The position numbers and the translations under genes were made by a program. The notes below the pieces were generated by a model. It made no database searches. It had not been told where the DNA came from and was given only the letters and a program-made list of their open reading frames with translations. A stretch of DNA of 59,382 nt, the filler included, from Basidiobolus ranarum (Eukaryota), in the NCBI GenBank assembly GCA_040143965.1. It is 7 parts of 7 records of this genome, joined end to end, with 100 filler letters (N's around TTAATTAATTAA, not from the genome) between each part and the next. Parts side by side here need not be neighbours in the genome. Positions count along the whole stretch, not along the records: positions 1 to 8,419 come from JASJQH010000971.1; positions 8,520 to 16,926 come from JASJQH010000972.1; 5 more parts are not named here. One strand, given 5' to 3'. This document shows, piece after piece, positions 1-11,471 of the stretch (position 1 is the first letter of the stretch; every line of letters starts with the position of its first letter).

Positions 1-56
1 GCATAAGTGTTCTCGGTGACTCAAGTATCATTGCATAAGTGTTCTCAGTGACTCAA
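1..56. repeat. 32-bp-period tandem duplication
   Basis: GCATAAGTGTTCTC(G/A)GTGACTCAA at 1 and 33. Confidence 0.85.
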
Positions 57-508
57 TTTAGTTTTACTTGGAGGTACTGGCATCAATGTAATGCAGCTGA
101 GCTCATTCCCTTCAATGGGTTTAACGAAATATTTCCAATGCAATGAGATTTATGCCAATTTTCTCTACTCAATAAGTCTGACAGGCACGAACGAGGAATA
201 ATAGTAAAGTTCTAATGAGCTGTATATTCGATACTCTATTTTAGGGCATTTCTTCTACTAGCTAGTGCCCTTTTAATCTCACTACTGTAAACCAGAGAGG
301 TTAGTCGTAATCTGATCAGATACAGTTCCACCCAAACGTCACCAAATATTCAGGTATATTCAACCATGAGTAATTTCTCTCCTCTCTACGGATTTGCCAG
401 CTTATCCATTAAGGTTAAAAGAGGGGTGAAGAGAATGGGGTTGTGGATATTTATATGGCTTGATGATATTAATAAGCGAAGTAGTGAGAGCTAAAACTGA
501 TTTTGATT

Positions 509-602
509 TTAAATTATCAAACCTTTCCATAAACAATAACACCTACCTCTACTATTAAATTATCAAACCTTTCCATAAACAATAACACCTACCTCTACTA
601 TT
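509..602. repeat. Perfect 46-bp tandem duplication
   Basis: TTAAATTATCAAACCTTTCCATAAACAATAACACCTACCTCTACTA x2. Confidence 0.95.
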
Positions 603-2080
603 ATGTAATATTCACTACATGTTCCAAATTGGTGGCCCGTGGTATCGAGGAATTAAGCATTGAGTGGACTAAACCCAGATAAGAAGGCATTGCCATTCGT
701 TATATTCCGTCGGACATTGCAGCCTTAGGGTGGGGTTAAGATAGTTGATACATGGCCCACACTTGACAAATCAACTTTGGACACTTTTTCATTTTTGTTA
801 CAGTACATGAAATCAGTCCAACGAAAGTTAAGGATGCTCCCAGAATGTAGATTCACATTGATTAATTACTTGTTTCAATTTCTCCGATTTAGTTAGCTGA
901 CCATTCTTTAACCATAGCCCTAACCCTAGTATTTGCATGAACTCTAGCAAAGGGTCAGGGTCAGGGTCAGGGGGAAGTATTGGTGATCGAATGGATGGCA
1001 GATGATTGCTAGATTAATCGCAAGATATGATCGAATTTCCTTAATGCCGCGCTCACTTTTGGCTATTTTTGGGATAGATTCTACAGAAACAGTCTCGCTT
1101 AGTAGGCAGCTTGGCACTCTTGTATATTATTCCCAAGCGTATCGGGTTGGAGATGGCATTACAACATATGTGGATCACTGAATATGGTTCACTTTTCACG
1201 AATTGAACCAACCATTACTAGCATAATTGACTTTCCCCTTCATTCTACCAAGAATACATCAACTGAGACAAGAGGCGCCCACTGCTAGTACGAAGTTGCT
1301 TGGAAGTGACTATTATCTCAGCTTGAGTCAACTGGTTGTTTTATCAGCGCTCAATAGGAAATGACCATTCCATTGGTTTTCATAAAGCCAGTATTGAGGG
1401 GCACGGATAGCAACTCATATCCAAGTTGTATCACTGATGTAGAAGGCAACAAAGATAGATTAGGAGTGGGAACATTCGACTGGGAGACTCGTGGAACAGG
1501 TTTTTCCTTCTAGTTACCACATCCAATACAGGAGTTCAAACCAAGTTCTCGCCGGTACTCGCACAGTTCTCACCAAAACCCCAACATGGTTTAAAATCAT
1601 CGCTATGGGGATTTTCTATTCCATTTCACATGACCAACGCTCGTAGCATTAACCACATGAAAATCCCCTTAATTACTCATCTCTCTGGTGATCGATCCAT
1701 ATCAGTGTGACCCAGCCGTAATTGTTAAGCGATTGGGTGATCTTCATACAGTCAGCAGTCAGCAGAAGCAATCTAGTTTTAGAGGAAAAAGGGTTGGCGG
1801 TCTTGCATCCATCCTTTAGATTGGGTTTGGATTCAAATAGTCTTGTATAGTAAGACCAATCAATATTTGCTTTGGAAAATATCTGCATTTGTTGGCATAT
1901 CTTTGATCACATATGTTATTATGCTTATTGGGCTCATCATTCGTGTGATCCCAATTAGCGTAAACAATGATTTGTGCTTGGAATCAGTAACCTATAAATA
2001 CCGAGTGAGATTCCAATTTCATACTCAATCTTCTCTTTAGGCTTGTACCATCTAGTGACATCGTACATATATCCCAAACA

Positions 2081-2944
2081 ATGGAGCATATTCAAAACAT
2101 GAATCTTCATAATATTGCAATTCCACTTCTCTCACCCCAAGACTCCTCGAAAAAGAAACAAGTAAGAGGACGTAATGGTGAACCACATAAGCCCAAAATA
2201 TTCCAATGTACATTTGGTGATTGCCGTATGGTTTTTACACGAGCTGAGCATTTGGCAAGGCATGAACGTAAACACACAGGGGAGAAACCATTTCAATGTA
2301 TTATTCCGAATTGTAGTAGAATATTTAGTCGATTTGATAATATGATGCAACATGTTCAAACACATAGTAGTCGTACAGGAAAGCCTCCTCTCTCTGGCTT
2401 GATGAGCAATCTCTCTTCCGGAAGTCGTAGAAAAAATTCTGGCAAACCACCACACAGTTGCAACGAGTCCTCTAAATTACCAAACGCCCCGAACTTCCTT
2501 CAATCTATGGGTATTCCACTCTCACCCAGTCAACCTATACTTCCTCCTTATGAGCCCACTCTGGACTCTATATTTTATCCCAAATTATCCCCTATTACAG
2601 AGCTGAAATCTATCGATATGTTCGGACTATCCTCAACTGGAAGCAACATATTGAAGCGTCGTTTCTCACAACCAGTTGCCGTGGCCTATCAACATGGTAT
2701 TCCTCAAAAGCGTCGTCTATCTCTTGACCCTACACTTCTGTTCAATGAGCAGACAGCAGGTCCATTTCATATGTCAAATACTGAATTGATTACTGCTTCT
2801 GCACAAAGTTATCATAGTCTGACGCCAGTTAGTGAGGAAGGACCCAGTACATCCAACACACCGAAGATATCTCCTAACGAGTCAGTGCACCGTGGTGGAA
2901 CTTCTAGGCGACTTTCAGTAGTGGACATATGCAATTCCTCATAA
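2081..2944 (+). CDS. C2H2 zinc-finger transcription factor (two fingers, USV1/RGM1/NsdC-like), intronless, 287 aa
   Basis: [55 protein letters not shown] gives two C2H2 fingers with the canonical linker; TATAAATA near 1994; S/P-rich tail. Confidence 0.9.
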   Translation: MEHIQNMNLHNIAIPLLSPQDSSKKKQVRGRNGEPHKPKIFQCTFGDCRMVFTRAEHLARHERKHTGEKPFQCIIPNCSRIFSRFDNMMQHVQTHSSRTGKPPLSGLMSNLSSGSRRKNSGKPPHSCNESSKLPNAPNFLQSMGIPLSPSQPILPPYEPTLDSIFYPKLSPITELKSIDMFGLSSTGSNILKRRFSQPVAVAYQHGIPQKRRLSLDPTLLFNEQTAGPFHMSNTELITASAQSYHSLTPVSEEGPSTSNTPKISPNESVHRGGTSRRLSVVDICNSS

Positions 2945-4387
2945 GTACCAAGGACTTCAATACTCAGGTACGACTTGGTATGATTCGTAGATCTAATCAG
3001 CCATTCACACACCATCAATCTCCAATACTATCATATTGTTTTAATTCGATCCAATAATCTTGTATATATATATATTATTTTTGTATGCTAGTCCATGTGA
3101 GATTTTATTAGCGTAAATCGAAAAGAATCTTGTTGATGCATCCAAATAAACTCACAGCTCATTCTTGTTCTTGTCAACTAGTCACTTCCATATGCTTTAT
3201 TCGTTGCTTGTCAGCCCACCTCCTGCGGAACACGGATTAATCTAAAGCAGTCACGATTCAATTCAGGACTGGTTTGGTTCACAAAGTCTATCTAATGCCT
3301 GGTGAACACAGCCTAATCATCCCAAAAGCCCCATTGGTGTGTCAGGTAAAATCTGAGATGACTATTATTGGATGGGTCTCAGTTTGGTATTCATAGAGCC
3401 TCCGTATCCCATACTTGTACACGTATCCTTGGGCTTGCCTTTCTTTGATGTTGAATCATTGGAAGAGTTAGACTACTTTTGGGAAATTGGAGGAGCAAAG
3501 AAAGGTTGTGAAAATATGAAATTGGTTCAGGGACAACACCGTATCAGGCACAACACTGTATCAGGCACAAGCTGAATGGGTATTGGTGGCTGCGTCTCTC
3601 AATCTAATCGTGGTTTCGTGCAGTCTGATCTCTTCTCTACCTAAGTATCACTCTCTACCAGAACAACAAGTATTCTCGCTCTACAGGAACAACAAGTATT
3701 CGTTCTAACAACAAGCATCAGAAGAACATTTGGCTCAAAGGTACTGCTTAGCCATGTTTAACATTGACCGTATTCCCTTATACGGTAATCTTCCTATGAA
3801 ACAACCCACAAGGCACCATTCACTAAGCCACTAAGATTAGATGAAAAATACAAGATATTGGTCGCTTTCTAATTCCAACTTTCCAATAATTCATGAATCG
3901 CCTCATTCCTTTCATGTACCCATATCCGGCCATTGTATATGGACCTATAATAACTACAACTATTAAGTTGGGGTGCAGTTAATGAGTGGGCGACACAGAC
4001 TCTTATGGGCGTATCAGTGCCAGCGGGTGTACTTGGATTTAGTTATACCAGTGCGTTCCTTCAGAAAACCAGATTTCTTCTTCATTCTGAATGTAATCAT
4101 TGATCGTCTCAAGAGAATGAGTTGTGATTCACTTGACAGGTTGTTGGTTTCAGCAGCCTAAGTATCAGATACAAATAAAGGAGTAAAGAAACCAGTCAAA
4201 GAGCACCATTCAACTGTTTAGACACTTTCATATGCAAATGACCATTTGGGTATCTAGTAAGCAAGTTTTATTTACCAAGCTGGTGAATACAGGAATCTTC
4301 AAAACAATCGACAAAATTTCTTTCTAGTTAGGTTTAAATAAATACTAACAAACATCAAACACTCAACGCCAAACGCTTAGCTTCTGT

Positions 4388-5853
4388 TTAGATATATTTC
4401 ATCGTTCGAAATATTCCAGTACAAAGTTCAATTTGATCCTAAAGATTCCTTTGTTCAGTATTGAATGGATCTAACATTGCTTCTTTAAAACTTACCCAAT
4501 CAACCGACCAGACTTTACCAAATTCCAAATCGATCCCCTTTTCTTCAGTGACCATAACAAGGGCAGAGATAGTTAGTACAGAGGCTGAGAATTCTAGGAA
4601 TCTCCAATCTGTCAAAAAGAGTAGGTTCCTAGTTAGACATGCCAATGTTACACCAAGTAACTATAGCTTTTTTTACCTAAAATCGCGACAATCCAGTATT
4701 TTTCAATGGAATCTAGCAGTAGACTCATCACATCGGGAGTAACTAACTCAGCCAGGACCATGTACGGTGTGATGACCAAGGTGGACCATTCTAAGGATTC
4801 AAGCACTTCAATCTCATACCTCTTATGCCCAAAGAACAAATACAAAGTTAGAATTGACTGGAATCGAAAATATGGTCAAGTTGTTTACCAGTAAATCGTA
4901 TCTGTCTAAGTGACAAATGTTGGCCACTCGACCTAGGAACTCAAATAAATTCTCCTCACACGATTTCCCTGCGACAACAAAGCTTACTATGGCCAGTTGT
5001 GTCGGGTCTACACTGTTATCTATGGAGCAGTTGGTTAGGCACCGAACAAAGTAAGAGGTAGCATGCAGAATGGTTTCAATGTGAAAATTGAACTCGTGTG
5101 TTAACTGAACACAGAAAATGGTTAGCGACATGGCGATCAATTATTAGTTGGATATCAATTCACCTGGAATATCATATCTACACCGACCCTCCAGTCAGCT
5201 TCTTTGATCTTGTCCAGGTTGGAATATTCTTTCTCTGAATACAACATCCGTCTGAATGAATCGGTTGTCTTTAAACGTATCCAGTACCTCTCAATCTCCT
5301 TCTCACGCTCGAGTATGACCGGAGAGCTGGTATATTCAATGTAGGTTCCACTATCTGTGAACTCCAAATATTCCCCATACATGTTCCGGGCCTCATTAGA
5401 GTTTTTACTGGACACCCAGCAACAATCTGTGGAGATAGATCGATGAGGGTCTATTCTTATCACATCGCAATCCACCTCCCTGGTCTTTTTACATGTGGGG
5501 CTTGTATATACAGCCGTTTCTTCTGTCTCACCAAATATATTGAACTCATCTTGAGTGTAGGGAGTTGAGTTTGTCGAGGTGAATGGGGAGAGTTCTTCAT
5601 CATCTACAAGTGTGACGAGTTCTGGTTTTCTTCCAAATGGATGAATATTTTCTGGGGTTAGACCACTTACCCGCAAACATTTTGAGTAACCGAATGTTTG
5701 CTGATCATAATCATTGACTGTCACTACGGTGAGACTGTTGGGTAATCGTTTACTGGGAATGTATTTCTCTCCGGTAACATAATCGTAGTCGTCTTCTCTT
5801 TCCATGTCTTGCCAACATACTGGATCGTTTCTATTTAGCATCGAATACGACAT
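4388..5853 (-). CDS. Divergent cyclin (cyclin-box protein), 5 exons, ~404 aa
   Basis: Exons 5853-5164, 5104-4889, 4821-4677, 4608-4496, 4438-4388 joined by GT-AG introns of 57-68 nt give one frame: VDMIFQLTHEFNFHIETILHATSYFVRCL...TQLAIVSFVVAGKSCEE...DLLRYEIEVLESLEWSTLVITPY...DWRFLEFSASVLTISAL, matching cyclin N and C box patterns. Confidence 0.8.
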
Positions 5854-6254
5854 AGTTCATCAAGTGGATCCTATACCTATTCCGGAGTCAATTTCAATTT
5901 ATACCTTACTTTATGCATCAGGTACGAGCACTTGGGAAGGATCAACCTTAGGGTTAGCACATGTCATATGAAGTGTGTTGCATGCATACTTCTGGTGATT
6001 TATGACTACATCTCATGCATCGAATTGCCATCCTACGGACATCCCATGGAATAAATACACGATAAGTCTGGGGCACAATGGGTGACTGCTTTCAGACCAC
6101 TAATGCTTCCTATGACTCTAATTTGCATCAATCATGACGACTTGTAAACAAATAGGAAAAAAAAGGGGGGGGGGTTGATCCGTTCACTAGTAAATCTTAG
6201 AGAAATGAAACTCTTTGGCTTCCATAGTAAACAGTCACTTTCCATTTATCAAGT

Positions 6255-7692
6255 ATGCCACTTGTAAAGTCCTCTAATATCACTTTTGGCTGGATTTGCC
6301 AAAAAATAGGCTTTCTAATTGTATTAGGAATCCTTTTTTCTCTGGTCACTATATTTTCCCGGATATCCCCTCGTAGAACTGATTTTGACTTGGAATATTC
6401 ACAGCATTCCAAAAGCACTCCAGAAGAAGAAGAGTTAGCTTCATATATGGACCAATATTTCCCACCACAATGTCCAAATGAAGACCAATTATTTGACAAG
6501 TACGAACTATCTAGAAAGAATTTCTACTTTGACTGTGAAATATTGACCAGACCAGAACGGTCACACTGGCGAGTACTTAACTGTAAAAGTACGGAACGTT
6601 GTGGTTTAGGTCACTTGGTCATTCAACCCTATGACTATTCTCATTGTCAAAAATTTCAAGAGAAACAACTCAGTCAGAATCAAACTTTCGATACATACTT
6701 GAAAGAAGCCATTGGTCCAGACGCATTTTTGGGGAAATTTCATGGTGGTCAAATATACGCTATTGATCAGTGGATATTTACGGATGATTGTGCTTACAAA
6801 TTACCTTATCAATTAACCACCAAAGAAGATATCTTCCTTGACTTAATTCATGTGGGTTCGGAGTACAATGCCATCACTGAAAATATCCATTCAACAAAGT
6901 TCAAACCTCAAGTGATACTTCAAAATCATAACCTTCATTTGTGTGAAGAATGTGTATCGACCAAATACTCCAAACAACCTACACCCTGCTCAGTGAAACA
7001 AGAACTTAAAGGAACGCTGAAGAAATCTAGTACCGGTAACATTGTATGGAAGCCTGCCGGTTGTTACTTTCCAAAAATCATAGAGGATTGTCTGAAGAAT
7101 AGACGAAAGATCTTATTTTTAGGAGATGGATATGTTCATACATTAATGAATGAATTCTTGGATCGGTTAACTTTGAGCAAAGATGTTGAGAAAACTACAA
7201 GAAAATTGGCTAATATTGAAGGGACTTTTTTAAACTTTAGTGGACAACTTACAAGTGAAATGCAAAGTGAGCTGGCCAAATCCGATACTATCGTTTTAAA
7301 TTTACCAAGAATTCCGGAAAAAGAGATTCTAGATTATGTTGAGGTAAAGTCACTTGAAATCTACATATATTCATCATTCGCTAACAACGGAATTTCAGAG
7401 TACCAGACAGTTACTTCAACAATTGAGAAGTATTTCAAATCAATCACTAGACATATTACTAATACAAAATATGGCCAATGCACCTCATTCCATCAACCCA
7501 TACCAACCTCATTTCTATCAGGAACAACTTGGAAATGACTTGCTCTCCAAGGATCAATCTATACGGACCATCAATGTATTCCAGGAATCTCTGGCTTTAT
7601 CAGGAGAAGAAATTAGTGCCGAAATCAAATCGAATTTGTTAACTTCTATCATAGTAGATCAGTTAATGTTGAAGTTAGAGATTTGTTCTTAG
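6255..7692 (+). CDS. Type II membrane protein with PC-esterase/NXPE-like SGNH-fold domain, 2 exons, ~460 aa
   Basis: N-terminal TM (IGFLIVLGILFSLVTIF), Cys-rich stem, WKPAGC...CLKNRRKILFLGDG motif; intron 7344-7398 (GTAAAG...GCTAAC...CAG) joins ORFs 6255 and 7354 in frame. Confidence 0.65.
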
Positions 7693-8342
7693 GGCACAAT
7701 CATTCCCTATTTCATAACATTCTAATAATTACCTCTTAGATAGTAAAGCTTGTCAAATGGAATATATATATAAAACTACTAACAATCTCTTGTCTGGTTG
7801 ATCTTAAAAATTGCTAGTAGTCTGAAAATTGTGCCCAAGTCTCCTATATAATCAGATGACATGTCACATTGTTACCTATATATTACCTAGTTTACTAGTG
7901 TGTGATTGACCAGTTATTTATCACTATCTAAGCAAACTAATGTTGGAAAAATTGCTAAACATCTGAAATTTTCAATAATGCTGACACTTAGCAAATAGCT
8001 GACTGTTGTTACCATTCACAATGAGAATAAGCTCTTGGATTTTAGCAAATTTCCATAAAGAATTCAGCCAATATATCCCTAACTTGCAGTCAACAAATGT
8101 CCTGCCACAAGTAGATGTGTCATTGCTGGAATAGATTACCCCATGGCTAAAACAATAATACTACATATCTTGATCTATCTCACCAAGAAGTCTGTCTTGC
8201 AGCTTTCCTAAAAATACCATCAGATTATCACACAAACAAATTAGTCCATATTATAGAGGTACTTACTCTGTATCCATGGATTGGGTTTGTAGCTGTTATT
8301 ATGCTCACACAATGCAAAAACCCATGAGTACATTGAAAAGAG

Positions 8343-8419
8343 TGTTGAAATTAGCATTCCCTAAGCACCTATATAGTCATATATAGCTTAGTACTTAGTT
8401 ATCTTATAACTCACTAAGA
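8343..8419 (+). repeat. Solo-LTR family copy, 5' part, truncated by contig end
   Basis: Starts TGTTGAAATTAGCATT, as do the copies at 16818 and 51635. Confidence 0.8.
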
Positions 8420-8519
8420 NNNNNNNNNNNNNNNNNNNNNNNNNNNNNNNNNNNNNNNNNNNNTTAATTAATTAANNNNNNNNNNNNNNNNNNNNNNNNN
8501 NNNNNNNNNNNNNNNNNNN
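8420..8519. other. Artificial contig linker N44-TTAATTAATTAA-N44 (also 16927-17026, 25430-25529, 33925-34024, 42417-42516, 50904-51003)
   Basis: Six identical 100-nt spacers with an all-frame stop; segment lengths fall monotonically 8419, 8407, 8403, 8395, 8392, 8387, 8379. Confidence 0.98.
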
Positions 8520-8520
8520 A

Positions 8521-8628
8521 CCTCTATCTGGAAACTTTGTCGGTGAATTCTTAGTTTTCTCAGGTGCTTTCCTTACAAACCCTTTACTTACTGCAATAGG
8601 TGCTTTTGGTATGGTATTAGGAGCAGGT
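8521..8628 (+). pseudogene. nad4: Mitochondrial nad4 fragment (NUMT)
   Basis: Translates PLSGNFVGEFLVFSGAFLTNPLLTAIGAFGMVLGAG, the conserved ND4 P-x-S-x-N-F-x-G-E-F segment, then TAA and unrelated sequence. Confidence 0.85.
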
Positions 8629-9114
8629 TAATTTGAATATCATGATGGACCTACGCTTGCCTCGTCTTAAATCGCATCACTGATTTTATTGATATATTTA
8701 CTTACTCAGTTGGACACATCTTTCCGAATAACAATAGCTGCACATTAATTGAGTGACGCCGCATTAGCTGCGTATCACAAGTGCCTCTTGGTTGGCAAAC
8801 TTACTGTAATTAATACTAATAAATGGGAGATGTCCGTCGAGTGAGTGTCCGATAGCTCTCGTAGTCTCAGCACCTCTTTCGTGTTGCGCTGACATTCATT
8901 CGACCGTTAGTAGAGTGCTTTATAGAATCTAGTCGAGCATGGTTCGAACTTTGAAATGAAATAAGCAAATTACATGCTTTTAAGAAGCACATGTTGCCCA
9001 AATAATACATGGTATATGTTCAGAGTGTAAATTAAATATGCGAACAGATGGAATATAAACATAAAAGAAGTACACATGGTGGTTGTCAAATCAGAAGGAG
9101 AGCTTATTCATTTC

Positions 9115-10638
9115 TCATTCCAACGAAACTCGAGTAGTGTCCTTCCAGGTTCTAATCATCACAGGGGAAAGGTAGCTTTCAAACCTGGTGATTAATTCAG
9201 GTGAGTAGGATGCTTTCAGAATAGCTAGCAGTTGTCGATGGAATTGTGTTGAAGGTATGTAGAAAAGCTTGGAAGTCTCATTGGTCGAGGATTTGGATGA
9301 AAGCACGGCATTTGTGCTGAGAGAGTCCGACTTCCAAAGTTCCAAAAGCTTACTAAGCCAACGCACTCGATCTCTTTCAATTATGGCGCACTTTACTTGA
9401 AATGCTGTTGGCAATACACCGCGTATGAATTCCTCCATCGATTTCCCGAAGGATTGTAATATCTCCGGATCAGTAATGTTGAAAAACTGGATTATGGGCA
9501 GTGAGCGATCTTGCCATAGAGCTACACTCACATAGAATCCCACTATCTCTGCATCCGGTGCTTGCTCACTCAACAACTCGTCAAATTTCTCAATAAAACC
9601 ATGCTCGGTCTCATTCAATGCCTTATCCATGATACGTTTACGCAAGCGATTGGTCACCAGTTCATGAAGAAACTGTTCAGATTCAGGGATTTTCGAGAGC
9701 AAGATGTCCATTGAATTATCATTCCACCAGGCATTCGGTGAGGCAAACATCTCCTGAATCGCTTGCTTTGCTATGTGGGTAAGATTCTTATTGACCAAAG
9801 CTTCCGACCAGTTTTCGTTGATGATTCTCAACACTGGGGCCAAACCGTCGTGGCTAGCAAAATATATCAATACATCTAGAAGCGTATCTTCTGTCAGTTT
9901 TTGACACAAGCCAACCTGCTGTAGCCTGCGAAGTAGAGAAACACACTCATATGACTGACCGTACTCATTGGTTAAAAGTGTGCAGGTTATGTACGGATCC
10001 AGAGCATCTAGATATACTCCATTTTTTATCATTAGCTCAACCACAGGTGCTTTCGTTGATATTAGATGCATCATGAAGCCACCAATCGCTCGACTTAAAG
10101 AAACGCGGCTATATACAACTAACGAAAAAGTATGTGATAGGCTCTGATACGTAGGGAGAACACGATACTGGCCCAAAAGCTCAATCACTTTGTCAACTCC
10201 AGGATCCTCTATTCTGTGGAAAGGTGTCAGGAATTGATGTATCATTAAGCAATCTCTATTCAAGTCGTCCTCATCATACTTTAATAGCCCTTCCTCCAAA
10301 ATCAGCCCAATATCCTCCCATGGTAATGGCTTTCTGTTCGAAAGATTCTTGTTGATCTTGAGGGTAGCCACTTCGTGTACATAAACTTGATAAAACCATA
10401 TATCGTTTTGAAAACCACGGTCCAGTAACGCTTTGTATATATTGTAAGTTAAGAAAGGCAAATGCCGTTTAGCAATCTGCCATAGGCCATGAATCCCATA
10501 CTCGTTAAAATAGCTTTCCACTCTAATCCTAGGGTTCTGTGAAATTTGGTAAAATCTACGACATACTGTGGCATATGTTGGCGGATGAGCCAAAAAAGTA
10601 AACACTCGCTCCAATATATCCGTATGTAGGGCATCCAT
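9115..10638 (-). CDS. F-box-like protein, intronless, ~507 aa
   Basis: First ATG at 10638 gives MDALHTDILERVFTFLAHPPTYATVCRRFYQIS, an F-box pattern; long open frame; C-terminal region not recognised. Confidence 0.7.
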   Translation of the reverse strand: MDALHTDILERVFTFLAHPPTYATVCRRFYQISQNPRIRVESYFNEYGIHGLWQIAKRHLPFLTYNIYKALLDRGFQNDIWFYQVYVHEVATLKINKNLSNRKPLPWEDIGLILEEGLLKYDEDDLNRDCLMIHQFLTPFHRIEDPGVDKVIELLGQYRVLPTYQSLSHTFSLVVYSRVSLSRAIGGFMMHLISTKAPVVELMIKNGVYLDALDPYITCTLLTNEYGQSYECVSLLRRLQQVGLCQKLTEDTLLDVLIYFASHDGLAPVLRIINENWSEALVNKNLTHIAKQAIQEMFASPNAWWNDNSMDILLSKIPESEQFLHELVTNRLRKRIMDKALNETEHGFIEKFDELLSEQAPDAEIVGFYVSVALWQDRSLPIIQFFNITDPEILQSFGKSMEEFIRGVLPTAFQVKCAIIERDRVRWLSKLLELWKSDSLSTNAVLSSKSSTNETSKLFYIPSTQFHRQLLAILKASYSPELITRFESYLSPVMIRTWKDTTRVSLE

Positions 10639-11471
10639 GATAATCTTTACAAGCACCGAACCAAAACACTTCAAATCCTCTTTGCTTTCAAAAAACAAAT
10701 CAGAAGCTTACCAAGTACAACATATATGAACTCTTGGTTTACCTTCAACTAACACGAAAACGCTAGGAACTAAACAGAACGGTGCGGTCAGGGAAGGAAA
10801 GTTTGCACAAATAATGAACAAAATGTCTGTAGGACCTAATATAAGAGGAGTACTGCATACAATTAATAGCCAGTTTGTGCGTAATCTCAAGTAGCCACAT
10901 CAATCCCTCATTTGAACAAGAAAAGGAGTCAGAGAGCTCCCAATCAATTGCTTACCTGTGAAACCTGGTACACTTAGAACTCAGCCCTCCTTGACTCCTC
11001 CACATTTACAAAGTGAAGATCCATTAGATAACTAGATAGAATATAACCATAAAAGTTCAGTATTGATTGTTGACAATTGATTCAAATTTGAGACACTGTG
11101 CTCTAAGTATACAAGCCAAGTTCATACTCATTCTCACCGATCTAATGGTGACTAGTGGAAGCTTGATCTCATTCTATATAAATTGAAAAGAAAGCATTTG
11201 TAGTAGTGTATTCAGGATAGTACCATCTCGATGACAATCTCGCTAAGGGTAGCTTTCTGACTTTATTTGGGAGGCTGTATGGGGTTGGGGTTAGGCCTAT
11301 TCTTATGATTCCTTTATTGGAAATCTCGGGGGAAATGATTGTTCTAGGCTTTCATAGATATATATAAGTACTAATAATAATACCATCGTATTTGAACTGT
11401 CAGAAGCAAGTGAATACACAGATTGAGGATCTCACTCTACATTTCATGTATCTATATTCGGAAATTTATCA

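Noticed and set aside
7800-8340. hAT dimerisation motif (YP*LA...PATS) in CpG-poor DNA
   Set aside because: Spacing is wrong and no ERxFS follows; likely a decayed repeat of unknown class
8464-8475. Regularly spaced TTAATTAATTAA palindromes as a biological repeat array
   Set aside because: Always embedded in 44+44 Ns; an artificial linker
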